From positions 1-34,359 of IMG/VR virus record IMGVR_UViG_3300034119_000831: a stretch of DNA of 34,359 bases; one strand, given 5' to 3'. Below are positions 6,736-17,000 of the stretch, one piece after another. A program made the translations under genes and the position numbers. Position 1 is the first letter of the stretch. The number at the start of each line of letters is the position of its first letter. A model generated the notes under the pieces. That model was not told the DNA's origin. It was given only the letters and a program-made list of their open reading frames with translations, and did not search any database. Source of the stretch: a virus (taxonomy: Duplodnaviria > Caudoviricetes).

Positions 6736-7004
6736 GGCTTGGCCCTCCTGGTCATCCTCCCGCCCCTGCATTCCCCGCGCGCCACGGCGCGAGAGACGTG
6801 CTTATAGACGGTGTTGAGGTGGCGTCCCGTAGCATCGGCAATGTCCTGCAATGCCATGCCCCCGTTCCGCATGGCGACGATGCGGGTGACGTCCTCGTCT
6901 GACAGCGGTGCGATGCGCCCGCGAGGATTGGATGGTGGGGCCTTTGGCATCATTTTGGCGACCGTCTCGCGGCGCGGGATGAGGGCCTTGAGGGCGGGGT
7001 TCAT
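6732..7004 (-). CDS. Helix-turn-helix DNA-binding protein
   Basis: LSDEDVTRIVAMRNGGMALQDIADATGRHLNTVYKHV. Confidence 0.8.
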   Translation of the reverse strand: MNPALKALIPRRETVAKMMPKAPPSNPRGRIAPLSDEDVTRIVAMRNGGMALQDIADATGRHLNTVYKHVSRAVARGECRGGRMTRRAKP

Positions 7005-7324
7005 TGGCTCGCCTCCTTCCACGCCTGGACGAGCTGGCGCGCGGTCTGGCCCCGCGTGTCCTCGGCGACGTGGCGCGCGAGGGCGTTCCCGGCGGCGCGC
7101 ATTTCTATGGCGGCGCTAGCGGCCTCGTATGCCCTTCGGATGGCGCTCTGTGCCCCTTGGCGCTCCGTGTCCAGCTCCGCCACGCGGTCGCGCATGGCCT
7201 TGTTCTCGGCCTCCAGCTCCGCGACGCGGGCAGCGAGGCCCTTGTTCTCTGGCTCCAATGCAGACAGGCGGAGCCTCATGGCCTCCACGTAGGCCGTGGA
7301 GAATGTCCCGTAGATTTCACTCAT
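7001..7324 (-). CDS. Coiled-coil hypothetical protein
   Basis: ATGA coupling; RVAELEAENKAMRDRVAEL heptads. Confidence 0.7.
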   Translation of the reverse strand: MSEIYGTFSTAYVEAMRLRLSALEPENKGLAARVAELEAENKAMRDRVAELDTERQGAQSAIRRAYEAASAAIEMRAAGNALARHVAEDTRGQTARQLVQAWKEASQ

Positions 7325-7869
7325 CGCGCACCCCCCATCTTGCGCGCGCGCTCCCAGTCCGGCGTCGCGTTGGCGCGGAGCCACGCGGCTTGCGCGTCCC
7401 ATGCGGCGTCCCGTGCGGCGGCCCGTGCGGCGTCCCGTGCGGCGGCCCCTGCGGCGGCCCGTGCGGCGTCCCATGCGGCGGCCCATGCGGCGTCCCGTGC
7501 GGCCCATGCGGCCCATGCGGCCCATGCGGCCCCTGCGTCCCATGCGGCGTCCCGTGCGGCGGCCCATGCGGCGTCCCGTGCGGCAGCAAGCTCCTCGTCG
7601 GTGGCGAGCCCGTCCGCATGACGCTCGGCAACGTCGAGCACGGCTAGGCTTCGCGGGTCGGTCATGAGGTGCTGGACCTGGCGAGCGGACCATGCCGAGA
7701 ATCGACGCAGCGCCAGGTCGTCCAGCACGCCCTTCCGCGTCGCGATCCAGACGAGCCAGTCCGGCCGCGCGTTCGCCCACGCCTCGCCCATGTCTTGGCA
7801 GTTGGCCAGCGCCCACTCGCGGCCCGCGTAGCATGGGTCAGTGAGGTCGCAGAACTCGGCTGGGCTCAC
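7321..7869 (-). CDS. Ala/Trp-repeat protein, paralogue B (Imm5-like region)
   Basis: GTG start coupled to upstream stop; DPRS..LDVAERHADGLATDEEL followed by AAW/AAR/DAA repeats. Confidence 0.8.
   Translation of the reverse strand: MSPAEFCDLTDPCYAGREWALANCQDMGEAWANARPDWLVWIATRKGVLDDLALRRFSAWSARQVQHLMTDPRSLAVLDVAERHADGLATDEELAAARDAAWAAARDAAWDAGAAWAAWAAWAARDAAWAAAWDAARAAAGAAARDAARAAARDAAWDAQAAWLRANATPDWERARKMGGAR
7395..7585. repeat. 9/12-nt coding microrepeat array
   Basis: Units such as GCGGCCCAT, GCGGCGTCCCGT, GCGGCGGCCCAT. Confidence 0.9.
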
Positions 7870-8426
7870 TTGGCACCCCCCATCTTGCGCGCGCGCTCCC
7901 AGTCCGGCGTCGCGTTGGCGCGGAGCCACGCGGCTTGCGCGTCCCATGCGGCGTCCCGTGCGGCGTCCCGTGCGGCGGCCCGTGCGGCGTCCCATGCGGC
8001 GGCCCATGCGGCGGCCCATGCGGCGGCCCATGCGGCGGCCCATGCGGCCCATGCGGCCCATGCGGCCCCTGCGTCCCATGCGGCCCCTGCGTCCCATGCG
8101 GCGTCCCGTGCGGCGGCCCATGCGGCGTCCCGTGCGGCAGCAAGCTCCTCGTCGGTGGCGAGCCCGTCCGCATGACGCTCGGCAACGTCGAGAGCGTGCG
8201 TGCTGCGCGGGTCGCGCATCAGGTGCCGCACTCGACTGGCCGAGAACACCGCAAACCTGCGCAACGTCCTGTCATCTAGCACGCCCGGCCTCGTCGCGAT
8301 CCACACGACCCATTCCGGCCGCGCCTTGCCCCATGCCTCTCGCATGTCGCGGCAGTTGGCCGACGCCCACTCGCGGCCCTTAGGGCATGCGCGGTGGCGG
8401 TCGCAGAACTCGGTGATGGTCATCAT
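7866..8426 (-). CDS. Ala/Trp-repeat protein, paralogue A
   Basis: GAGGAGGG RBS; same architecture as 7321..7869. Confidence 0.8.
   Translation of the reverse strand: MMTITEFCDRHRACPKGREWASANCRDMREAWGKARPEWVVWIATRPGVLDDRTLRRFAVFSASRVRHLMRDPRSTHALDVAERHADGLATDEELAAARDAAWAAARDAAWDAGAAWDAGAAWAAWAAWAAAWAAAWAAAWAAAWDAARAAARDAARDAAWDAQAAWLRANATPDWERARKMGGAK
7940..8140. repeat. 9/12-nt coding microrepeat array (second copy, different unit order)
   Basis: Same units as 7395-7585. Confidence 0.9.
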
Positions 8427-8605
8427 CGTGTGGCCCTCCTCACCCTCTCCGCATATCCCAGCGTCGCGGCCTTCCTCCACCCGTTCAGGTCCAGCGGGTC
8501 GGACCCGGAACCGACGTCGATGCCCTTCCCTTGGAAGACGCGCCACCAGAACCCGGCTGCCGGGCTCTCCCGCCTCCGGCGCATGGCCTTCGTGGTCTCG
8601 TTCAC
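8423..8605 (-). pseudogene. 60-aa ORF resembling a truncated SAM-methyltransferase N-terminus
   Basis: GTG start with GGAGGG RBS; FQGKGIDVGSGSDPL resembles motif I; ORF ends soon after. Confidence 0.45.
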
Positions 8606-9480
8606 AGCTCGCCCTCCATGCCAGCGCGCGCCCACGACGGCAGGTCGATGACGCTGAACCCGTCGTTGTACCCGGGCCAGACGCCGGACTTGTGGCACTC
8701 CTTCCAGCGCTCGAACGCCTTCATGGCCAGTCGCTCGCCCTCCTGCAAGGACTCCTCGGAGAGCTGGTGGACGGTGACGTCGGCCGTTTCATCCTCGACG
8801 GCGACGAGGATGCACGTGGTTCGCTCGCCTTCCCCGAGGAGGGACCATGCCAGGCGATACCACGCCATCTGGATGTGGTAGCCCATGTTGATGGCGTGCC
8901 TTGCGAAGACGCTGGGCTTGGCGTTGTTGGTTTTCTTGACGTCCACGATGCACGGCTTGCGCGGGACGAGGTCGAGTCGTGCCTTGCAACGGAAGCCGTC
9001 CTTGGAGTTCCAGAACATGGAAACCTCGGCGTCGGCATCGTTGAAGAGCGGCCCGGCGACGGGATGCTTCCCGACGGCCTGTGCGGCCTTGAACACGAAC
9101 TGGAGGCCGTTGTCCGTGATGACGATTTTGCCTGCGGCCTTCTGCTGGTCGCGCCAGTTCTGGCAGTGCTTGCGGCGGAAGGACCACTCGACGACCTCGC
9201 CGGGCTGGACGTCCTTCTTGGACTTGGGGACGTAGTCGGCGGGGACGGTGTAGGTCTCCGGGACGATGGCCAGGGGCGGCAGGGGTTGGCCTGGTTCCAT
9301 GAGGTGCTGGTGAACGAGCGTGCCGAGGATCATGGCGGCGGTTGGCTCGGGCGGGTTGTCCATCTCCAGCTTGCAGTGAAGCGGGCTGTCGATGGAGATC
9401 TTGCGGAGGCGTGACGCGGACGCGCCCGGTTCGGCGTGGTAGAACGGCGCCGGGAGGTCGCGGTAGATGCCGGGGTTCAT
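8602..9480 (-). CDS. RecE/exonuclease VIII-like PD-(D/E)XK nuclease (DUF3799-like)
   Basis: GIY...YHA..SAS.L, AMILGTLVH, AEVSMFW, CKARLD...IVDVKKT, GYHIQMAWY, WPGY. Confidence 0.88.
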   Translation of the reverse strand: MNPGIYRDLPAPFYHAEPGASASRLRKISIDSPLHCKLEMDNPPEPTAAMILGTLVHQHLMEPGQPLPPLAIVPETYTVPADYVPKSKKDVQPGEVVEWSFRRKHCQNWRDQQKAAGKIVITDNGLQFVFKAAQAVGKHPVAGPLFNDADAEVSMFWNSKDGFRCKARLDLVPRKPCIVDVKKTNNAKPSVFARHAINMGYHIQMAWYRLAWSLLGEGERTTCILVAVEDETADVTVHQLSEESLQEGERLAMKAFERWKECHKSGVWPGYNDGFSVIDLPSWARAGMEGEL

Positions 9481-9716
9481 CGGGCACCCCCTTCCCGGGC
9501 GCGGAGCATGGCGTCGGCGTATGCGTAGCAAGACCGAGCGACAGATGCCGGTTCGCTCGCCTCGTGATCAATCGGCCGATTACGCCCAGCAGCCCACCCC
9601 ATGAGGGCCTGCCCCGCGAACCAGTCGCGGAGGGACATGCCCCAAGTTGCCTCGCTACCTGGCGACGCCAAGGCTTGGAGCGGAAACGCCGGTCCCCCGT
9701 CGTTGGCGGCGCTCAC
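9477..9716 (-). CDS. Phage hypothetical protein (GGPAFP...GMSLRDWFAGQAL family)
   Basis: Widespread phage motif; ends AYADAMLRAR. Confidence 0.85.
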   Translation of the reverse strand: MSAANDGGPAFPLQALASPGSEATWGMSLRDWFAGQALMGWAAGRNRPIDHEASEPASVARSCYAYADAMLRAREGGAR

Positions 9717-10747
9717 TTGGCACCCCCTTTCAACGCCCGCGCCTTCCCGAGCGCCCCGAGGAACCCGACCTGGCTCTTCATCAGGCTCGCGTCATGCTCG
9801 GCGCTCAACGCCGACGGCGGCTGGTTCTTCTCGATGAACCCCTGCTCCCGCAGGTAGTCCGTGACCTCCTGCATGGTGAACCCCTTGGACGTGGCGAGCA
9901 TGACGGAATCGGGCACGGCATCGTCCTCCACGACCGTAACGGCGACCGCCTTGGTCGGCGGCTCGCCTGCGGGCTGCTCCACCTCGGGTCGCTCCGCCTC
10001 GGGCTGCGGCTCCGGCAAGGCCGGCCTCTGGGGCCGCTCGAACGCGGCGGCGGCGGTCTTCGGCGTGACGTCGGTGGGCTCGTCCTCCAACCGCTCGGCC
10101 TCGGCGAACTCCGGGGTGAGGGGGAGGACCTTGGCCAGCCGCTTGAACGCGGTCTTCTTGGCCATCTCGTTGAAGTCGGTGTCCCACGGGGACTGCTTCG
10201 ACCCCTTCTTGGACCGCGCCCGGATAGCCTCAACCTCGGAGCGCGGAAGGACGACGCAAGCCTCGCCGCCCCCGGCCATCTTGGCGATGGCGTACCACGC
10301 ATACGCCTCGCCACGTGGCGAGCGCCAGTCAACCGTGTGGCGCGTGATGACGCCACGGTCCCACTGGAAGTCGTCGTTCTCGCAGACGGTCTCCAGCGTG
10401 ATCGCGGTCACGAGCTTGGACTTCAACGCGAGCTGGATGAGCCCCTTGTAGTCGGGGACCAGCGTGCAGATTTTCTTGTCCCCATCCCGGAACGGAACGA
10501 GGTGCGCGTGCCGACCGTCGAGGGTCAGCCCCAGTTGGACGGCCTGATAGACCGCCGACAGCACGCTCTTCGGCGTGCATTCCGCCAGCCCGGGGGTGCG
10601 GGCAATGGACGTGACGACCATGCGCGCAACGCGGTCCGCCCCGACGGCGTCCCCGACGATGCGCGCCAGCTCCCGCTTGAACTCGGGGGCCTCAACCGCC
10701 GCCTTAACGGACAGCGGTTCCTTCTCTGCCTTGGCAATGTTGCTCAT
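9713..10747 (-). CDS. recT: RecT-family single-strand annealing recombinase
   Basis: LAECTPKSVL.AV..AVQLGL, AHLVPF, YKGLIQLA, VCENDDF, SPW.TDFNEMAKKT.FKRL.K.LP. Confidence 0.92.
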   Translation of the reverse strand: MSNIAKAEKEPLSVKAAVEAPEFKRELARIVGDAVGADRVARMVVTSIARTPGLAECTPKSVLSAVYQAVQLGLTLDGRHAHLVPFRDGDKKICTLVPDYKGLIQLALKSKLVTAITLETVCENDDFQWDRGVITRHTVDWRSPRGEAYAWYAIAKMAGGGEACVVLPRSEVEAIRARSKKGSKQSPWDTDFNEMAKKTAFKRLAKVLPLTPEFAEAERLEDEPTDVTPKTAAAAFERPQRPALPEPQPEAERPEVEQPAGEPPTKAVAVTVVEDDAVPDSVMLATSKGFTMQEVTDYLREQGFIEKNQPPSALSAEHDASLMKSQVGFLGALGKARALKGGAK

Positions 10748-10784
10748 GCGTCATCACGGGACCATATCCGTGAAGACGCGTCAA
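10748..10784 (-). promoter_or_regulatory. Inverted repeat and candidate promoter abutting the recT start
   Basis: GCGTCATCACGG(10748-10759)/CCGTGAAGACGC(10768-10779), 11 of 12 matched; TTGACG on the minus strand at 10784-10779; no SD. Confidence 0.5.
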
Positions 10785-10840
10785 GCACTGTCCATACAAT
10801 TTTCTCGACGCGCCCGCCGCTGGGCTGTACCCGCGCGATG

Positions 10841-11041
10841 CTACGGGCGCTTGCGACCACCGACGGCCCGGGCCTTGGACGCCGTGGTGTCAGGCTTGGC
10901 TGCCGCTGACCTGGCCTTCGGCCCCGGCTTGCGGGGCACGCCTCCCTCCTTGATCCACTTCTGGCAGTTCCACTTGGAGTCGGGGTTTCGCCGCTTCTCT
11001 GCGAAGCAGGCCCGCATCTGCGCCTTGTTCTTGAATGGCAT
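10841..11041 (-). CDS. Small basic phage protein (MPFKxKAQxR type)
   Basis: Recurrent phage N-terminal motif; follows the giant gene. Confidence 0.75.
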   Translation of the reverse strand: MPFKNKAQMRACFAEKRRNPDSKWNCQKWIKEGGVPRKPGPKARSAAAKPDTTASKARAVGGRKRP

Positions 11042-11063
11042 GGGCGTGGTGTGGGGGGGGTGG

Positions 11064-14000
11064 TCAGTATCCGAACATCTCCTTGGCCGTGCGGTTTCGG
11101 ATGCGCTCGGTTTGCTTGTCGATGAACGCCGCCGCCTCGGCCTTTGGCATGGTGGTGAGGTCGAAGCGGTTCTCCATGACGAACTCGCGATAGGCGCGGC
11201 CGACGGCCTTCTGGAACCGATGCTCCTCGGCGGGCGTCATCTCGCGCCGGGTGCCGTCCTCGTTGACGACCATGCGCTTGCCGATGGTGGGGAGGAAGAC
11301 GCCCTTGGAGGCGAGGGTGCCGAGGGTTTGCCACGCGGCGTCGTCCTTGCGTGCGGTGATCCAGCGGGACCACGGGTAACGCTCGATGGCGACGGGCTCG
11401 CCGAGGACGTTGAGAACCGGCCCTGGCCCGACGGTGCGCCGCAGGAAGGGCACCTGCTGGACGAAGTACTCACCCCCGGTCTGGGCCTTGAAAATGGACG
11501 GCTCCGACCACGCATCGACCTCCTTCAGGAGGTTCGGCACGAACGACCCGGCCAGCCGCGAGAAGTAACGCGGAAGGCGCTTCTCGATGATTTCCTGCGA
11601 GTCGTACTTGTAGGCGTTGGACGCCCCCAGGAACTCGGTCAACCCGGAGATGGCCGTGGAGTCCGTGACGACGAGCAAGCCCGCCGCCGCCGCGTCCGCC
11701 CACTTCTGGTAGATGGCCTCCTGGTCCCATTTCTCGCGCTCGAAGAGCTGCCGGTCGCGCAGCTCCCCGATGACCCCGAGGATGGAACCGAATCCAAACT
11801 GCCGGTACGAGTAGTACTTGTCCCCGACGCGCACGGAGTAGGGCTTGCGGCCCTCGGCGAGGAGCTGCTTTCGCTTCTCGGGCGTGAGGCCCTTGAACGA
11901 CCCCGTGATGTCTATGGTTCGGTCGTCCTCGTCGTCGTCGTCCCCGAGGAACAGGGTCGCCGCGAACGCCCCGAGGGCGGCGCCGATCCCAGCCTTGGCC
12001 ACGAGGAGCCTGCGCTCGATGGGCCGGTATTCCTCGGCCAGCCTCCCGCCTGGGCGACTCAGCATCCACCGGACCATGGCCGGGGCCACCATGAAGTCCG
12101 AGTAGTCGTTGAACATGTTGGTCGCGAACCGGAGGAACCCCGTCCCGAGGGCCAGCTTCGAGACGAACCCGGCGCCGCTCTTGGTGGCGAGCCTGTCCTC
12201 CGACCGGGCCATGCGCTCCGACAGTCGGTACACCATGCCCGCGAAACCCTTTGGCATGTTGGTGTAGTTCATGGCCTTCATGAGCGCCTGCGCGTCGAGG
12301 ATGACCTCGGCCGGAAGCTGCTGCTCGAGGATCTCGCGCACGCGCGCCTTCATGCGGTCAGGCTGCGTGCCCTCGTTTTCCGCCGTGGTTCGCGCGTCGG
12401 CCAGGTCCTTGGCCGTGGGCGTCAGGAACCGATTGATGGCGGCCTCGTTCTCGGTCCGCGCGAGGGCATCGACCAACCCCGCCCGGTAGGTGCCGAGGCC
12501 GTTGAGGTGGTCCAGCGCGGACATGATCCTAGAGACGTACTTCAGGTTGGAGATGACGCGCGCGAAGGCGTTGCGCGAGTTGGCGAGGGCCTCCAGCGCG
12601 TTGGGCGCCCGCTCCCCGTCCCACGCCTTGGACTTCCAGACGTCGTTGCGGAGGAGGATGGGGAAGAAATCCCCGGCCGCATCGGCGACGCCGCTCCCGT
12701 ATGCCTTGAAGAAGTCGAGCTTCCGGGGCGTGGCGAGCCCCAGCGCGGCGGTCTTGATGAACCCGTTGATGACGTTCATCCCGCCGTCCACCTGCGTCCG
12801 TGTCCCGGACAGCACGCTTGCGTACCAGTAGTCCTGGATGACGTCGCCCCACCGGACCCCGCCCACCTCCTGGATGCGGCGGTACATGTCCATGAGGATG
12901 CGCTTGCGGTTCTCCCCGCCCACGGCCTGCGCCTGCTGGGCCATGTCGGTGATTTCCTGGACGATGCCGGAGTCCAGCGAGGCGACCCCGAAGAACGGCG
13001 CCACCGCGTCCCGGAAGTTGGCATCGTCGAGAACCCCGAGGTTGGCCCACTTGAGGATGCGCGGGAAGGCGTTGACGAGGGCCTCCTGCGTCTTCTTGTT
13101 GGCCTTGGGTGCGACGTACTTCGCGATCTCGCGCTTTGCAATCTCGTCGCGCTTGGCCTGGAACTGCCGGCCGAGGAGGTTCGCCAGCTCGACGCGCGCA
13201 GGGTCGGGCATCCTGCTGAGGATGGGGTGGGCGAGGATGGAGTCGTAGATGGCCTGATAGACGTTGCGCTGAACCTCCAGCGAGGACTCCATGATCTCGC
13301 GCCAGTTGATGCCCATGTCCCGGGCGGTGCGGTTGAACACCCGCTTCACGAGGTTGTCCGGCTGCGAGGTCTCCCGGAGGATTTCCTCCACGACCCGGCG
13401 CCGCACGCCCTTGAGCCACTCGCGGATTTCCTGGCTGTTGATCTCCGGGAACGGAAGCCTGCGCTGCCGCTCCTTGATGAGGTTCAGCAGCGTGAGCATG
13501 GGGTTGAGGTAGGAGTACCGGGCCTGCGCGAGGTTGATGGCCCCCAGCTCGCGGCCCGCCTCCGTGGCGTTGGCGCTGTACGCCTTCGCCGCGCGGGGCA
13601 GGAAGTTCCCGAGGATCCACTGCGCCACGGCCGCGTTGGGCGAGGTCTTCGCCGCATTGCGGGCACGCGCCATGATCTCCAGCATGACGTAGTTCCGCGC
13701 CCCCCGGTTGTCCATCCCGAGGTCCGGGTTCCCCGACATGGCATCGGACAGGGCCGCCTCCAGGTCCGACCCGTAGGCGTCCACCCACCTGACGGCCTCG
13801 GCGTGGACCTGCTCGTCGGTCATGGTCTCGTACCGACCCTTGAACAACCCCTCGGAGCGCGCGGTCCTGCCGGTCCCGGGCATCTGGAACTCGGGCGGAG
13901 GCGTCGGCGCCCCGGGGCCATCCCCGGCCTCGGCCCGTGCGCGCCCAGCGGCGCGGTCGAGGCGGTCGATGAACCCGCCCATCTCCATGAGGTCCACCGC

Positions 14001-17000
14001 GTCCTGGTCGTCGGGGACGTACTGCTCGAAGTCGATCCCTGCCTTGGCGTGGTCCCAAGCCTTGGAGACGAGCCCGTTCAGGCGCACCCCGGCCATGCGC
14101 GCCAGGTCGGCGGCGGACTGGGCGCCGACCTTGATGGCCGCCTCGGCGAACTTGTAGAGGGCGGCATACACCTTGAACTGGAGGCGGATGGTCTCGCGCG
14201 GGTCGGCGCGAATGCCCATCTTCTGGGCCTCGTTGGAGTAGTTCGTCCAGGCGGTCTTGAGGTTGTCGAGCGCCTCGCTGACGGGGCCTTGGGTGGGAGT
14301 GACTATCTGGACCGGCTTCGCTGCTCCATATTTCTCAATCCAGTTTGCCGGAAGGAAGAACTCCTTGTCGGGTCGTCTGGAGTAAAATGCTGGATTGTCC
14401 TTGGCTTCTGACGATTTGGATCTTGGGATGTTTGACACTCGGAACTGCTCAACTTCCGATGCCGGAACATCAACATAGACCACTTGGCCATCTGGATATT
14501 CCTTCTCCAAATACCACTTCGCCTCTTCCAAATCGTCCGTGAACCATCGACCTTGCGAGGACACGGTGTTTTGAAATTGGACATCGCTTGCAATCCATTC
14601 AGGGGTTGGCCCCTTGGATCTTTGAAAAGGTTGAGCCCTGTAAAGCCTAACCGTGCCAGCCGTCGCCGTTTCCCCCTCCTCCCCCACCGTGTCCATCTCC
14701 TCGCCGATGTTGAAGTTGGCGATGTCCATGGTGACCTTCGGGACCTCGCCCCGAACGAGCGAGCCCATGGACTGCATCCGCTGCCCCACGCGCCCGGCGA
14801 GCGAGCGGTCGAGCTCGGAGTCCTTGACGAAGAGCCAGTTGATCCGGGCCACGCCCTTGAGCCCGTAGCGCGCCGACCGCTGCGTAACCTGCGTGACCTT
14901 CGAGGCCGTCCACGGGAGGATGATGTTGACCTGGGTGGTTGGGTGGTTGCCAACCCTGTCATGCAGGGACAGCCCGGTCCCGCCCTTGGCCATCGTCGCA
15001 ACGAGGACCATGGGCCTGGGTGCCTGCCTCCACCGCGCCAGCTCCCGTTGGGCGCCCTTCTCGGTCTCGGAGCCCGTGAAGATGGCCGTGTTCTCCGGCC
15101 CGAAGGCTTCCTTGAGCACGTCCTCCATGGCGGGCAGCTCGATGGAGCGGTTGCCCGTGGCGTTCATGTACGCCTCGAAGATGGCAACCGCGCCCTTCGG
15201 TGGGAGCCCATAATCCGCCCGCTTCGGAGGCGTGTCTCGCATGCTCTGCGCCATGGCCTTGGCGGCGAGAAACTCCCGCTCCTTCTCCAGGATCTCCGGG
15301 ATGTTGTAAATTCGCTCCGACCGCGTCTCCAGGAAGATGATGGGCCACCGCCCCTCGGCCATGGCCTGCCGCGCCATGTCGATTCCAGCCTGCACCTTGC
15401 CGTACTCCAGCAGGCGCTTGCGGAACATCTTGAGCCACTTCTGGGTGTTCCCGAAGTCGAAGTCCGTGGCGGTCGCCTCGGCCACCCTCTCGATGTCGTC
15501 CAGGATCTTCCCATACTTCGGGTCGATGGGGACCGGAGTGAGGCTGGTTTCGATCTGCTCCAGGGGCAGGCGCATGGGCCGTTGCACGAAGATGCCCAGC
15601 TTGCGCATGTAATCGCGCCCAGCCTTGGCGTCCTCCATGAACGTCTGGGTCTGGTCCCAGTCCACCGCGAAGATTTCACCGGAGGCATCCCGCTTGACCG
15701 TGGCCCCGAAGGCCGCCGCGAAGTTGAGGAACCCGCCCACCTCGTCGAAGACCCCCGTGCCTGCGACGTACTCCATCTGCGTGGGGTCCTCGTAGGGCGT
15801 TGCCGAGGCCATGATCGTGAACTTGGCCTGCCGCATCCACATCTGCGCCGTGGACCCCTGCTTCGCGTCGCGCGAGTGCTTGACGTAGTGAGCCTCGTCG
15901 AAGACCAGCGCGTCGGTGTCCCGGGGTGGCGTCTCCCGGAACTTCGCGTAGGTCATGAACTCGATGTCATCGACGCCGAACTTGGCGAGGTCCTCCTTGG
16001 CCTGGCGGATGAGGTCCTTGTTGGGCGTGACCCAGACGATGCGACGCGCTCCCTTCCTGCGAAGCTCGCGGATGGCCCCGCCGAGCACGAAGGTCTTGCC
16101 CGTGCCCGCGTCGTTGCCCAGCAGGAACAGGCGGCGCCCGTTGGCGTGGGCGCGGGCGATGGCGCCGACGTCCTCGACCTGCTCGTTGACTACGTTTTCA
16201 GGAATACCCTGCGCGATCCCGGCCCGTAGTAGTCCTGCGGTGTCGGCGGACACAGACTCCCGAAGCACGCGAGGATCTCCTGATTCGTCGGGTCGTCCGT
16301 CAGCTCGTTCCCGGATTCCTCGTAGCTTTGGATCAGTCTTGTGAGACGCGACTGGGCGCTGGGAGCCATCGCCGCCTTCCGAAGCCTTTGGAAGTATCTC
16401 TCGGAGGGCATTGAGCGAATCTCGTCCAAACTCCCATCTTCGGAGGGGATTATTCCATCTGCCGCCCGCACGCGAGAGGGATTCCTTGAGCTTGCGAGTC
16501 TCACCCGTGACTGCGTAGGCAGGGCCTTTGCTGGTTTCATAGAGGAACGCGATCTGGAGCTTGTTGCCCTTGAGGTTGGAAAGCAGGTCCGACGGCACGG
16601 CCCGGGCCAGCACCTTGCGCATGGCCTCGGGCGTCTCCATCCCGGCGTCGATTTCAAACTGCCCCGTGGCCGGGTTCAGCCGGGCGGTCCCGTCGTTGAG
16701 GTAGTTGTCGAAGAGCGTGCCCGCCTGGGACTCGTTGAAGCCATTGGCCATGGCGACCTCGACGAACCGGACGCGCCCGGTCTTGGGCTTGCCGGGAGGC
16801 GGAGGCGGCGTGGTCGGCGGCGGCGTTGGAGGCGGCGTTCCGCCACCCCCGCCCGGAGGCTTGTCGATGTCCGCGATGATGGCCCGGGCCTGCGACGGCG
16901 TGACCTCCTCGGCGTCGTCCACGCCAACGATGGCGCTGTTCCAGAAGCTTGCGAGGTGAGGCTTGAGGCGTTCCCACAAGTCCGGGGCCTTGGACTTGAC

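Noticed and set aside
7395-8140. Repeat arrays as CRISPR or DGR template/variable repeats
   Set aside because: No unique spacers; in-frame coding units; differences are not adenine-specific; no cas or reverse transcriptase in the window
10575-14411. 1278-aa plus-strand ORF and other long antisense ORFs (e.g. 14484..16229, 19518..21137, 24463..25836, 31154..32851)
   Set aside because: Shadow frames of high-GC3 genes on the opposite strand; no motifs or RBS
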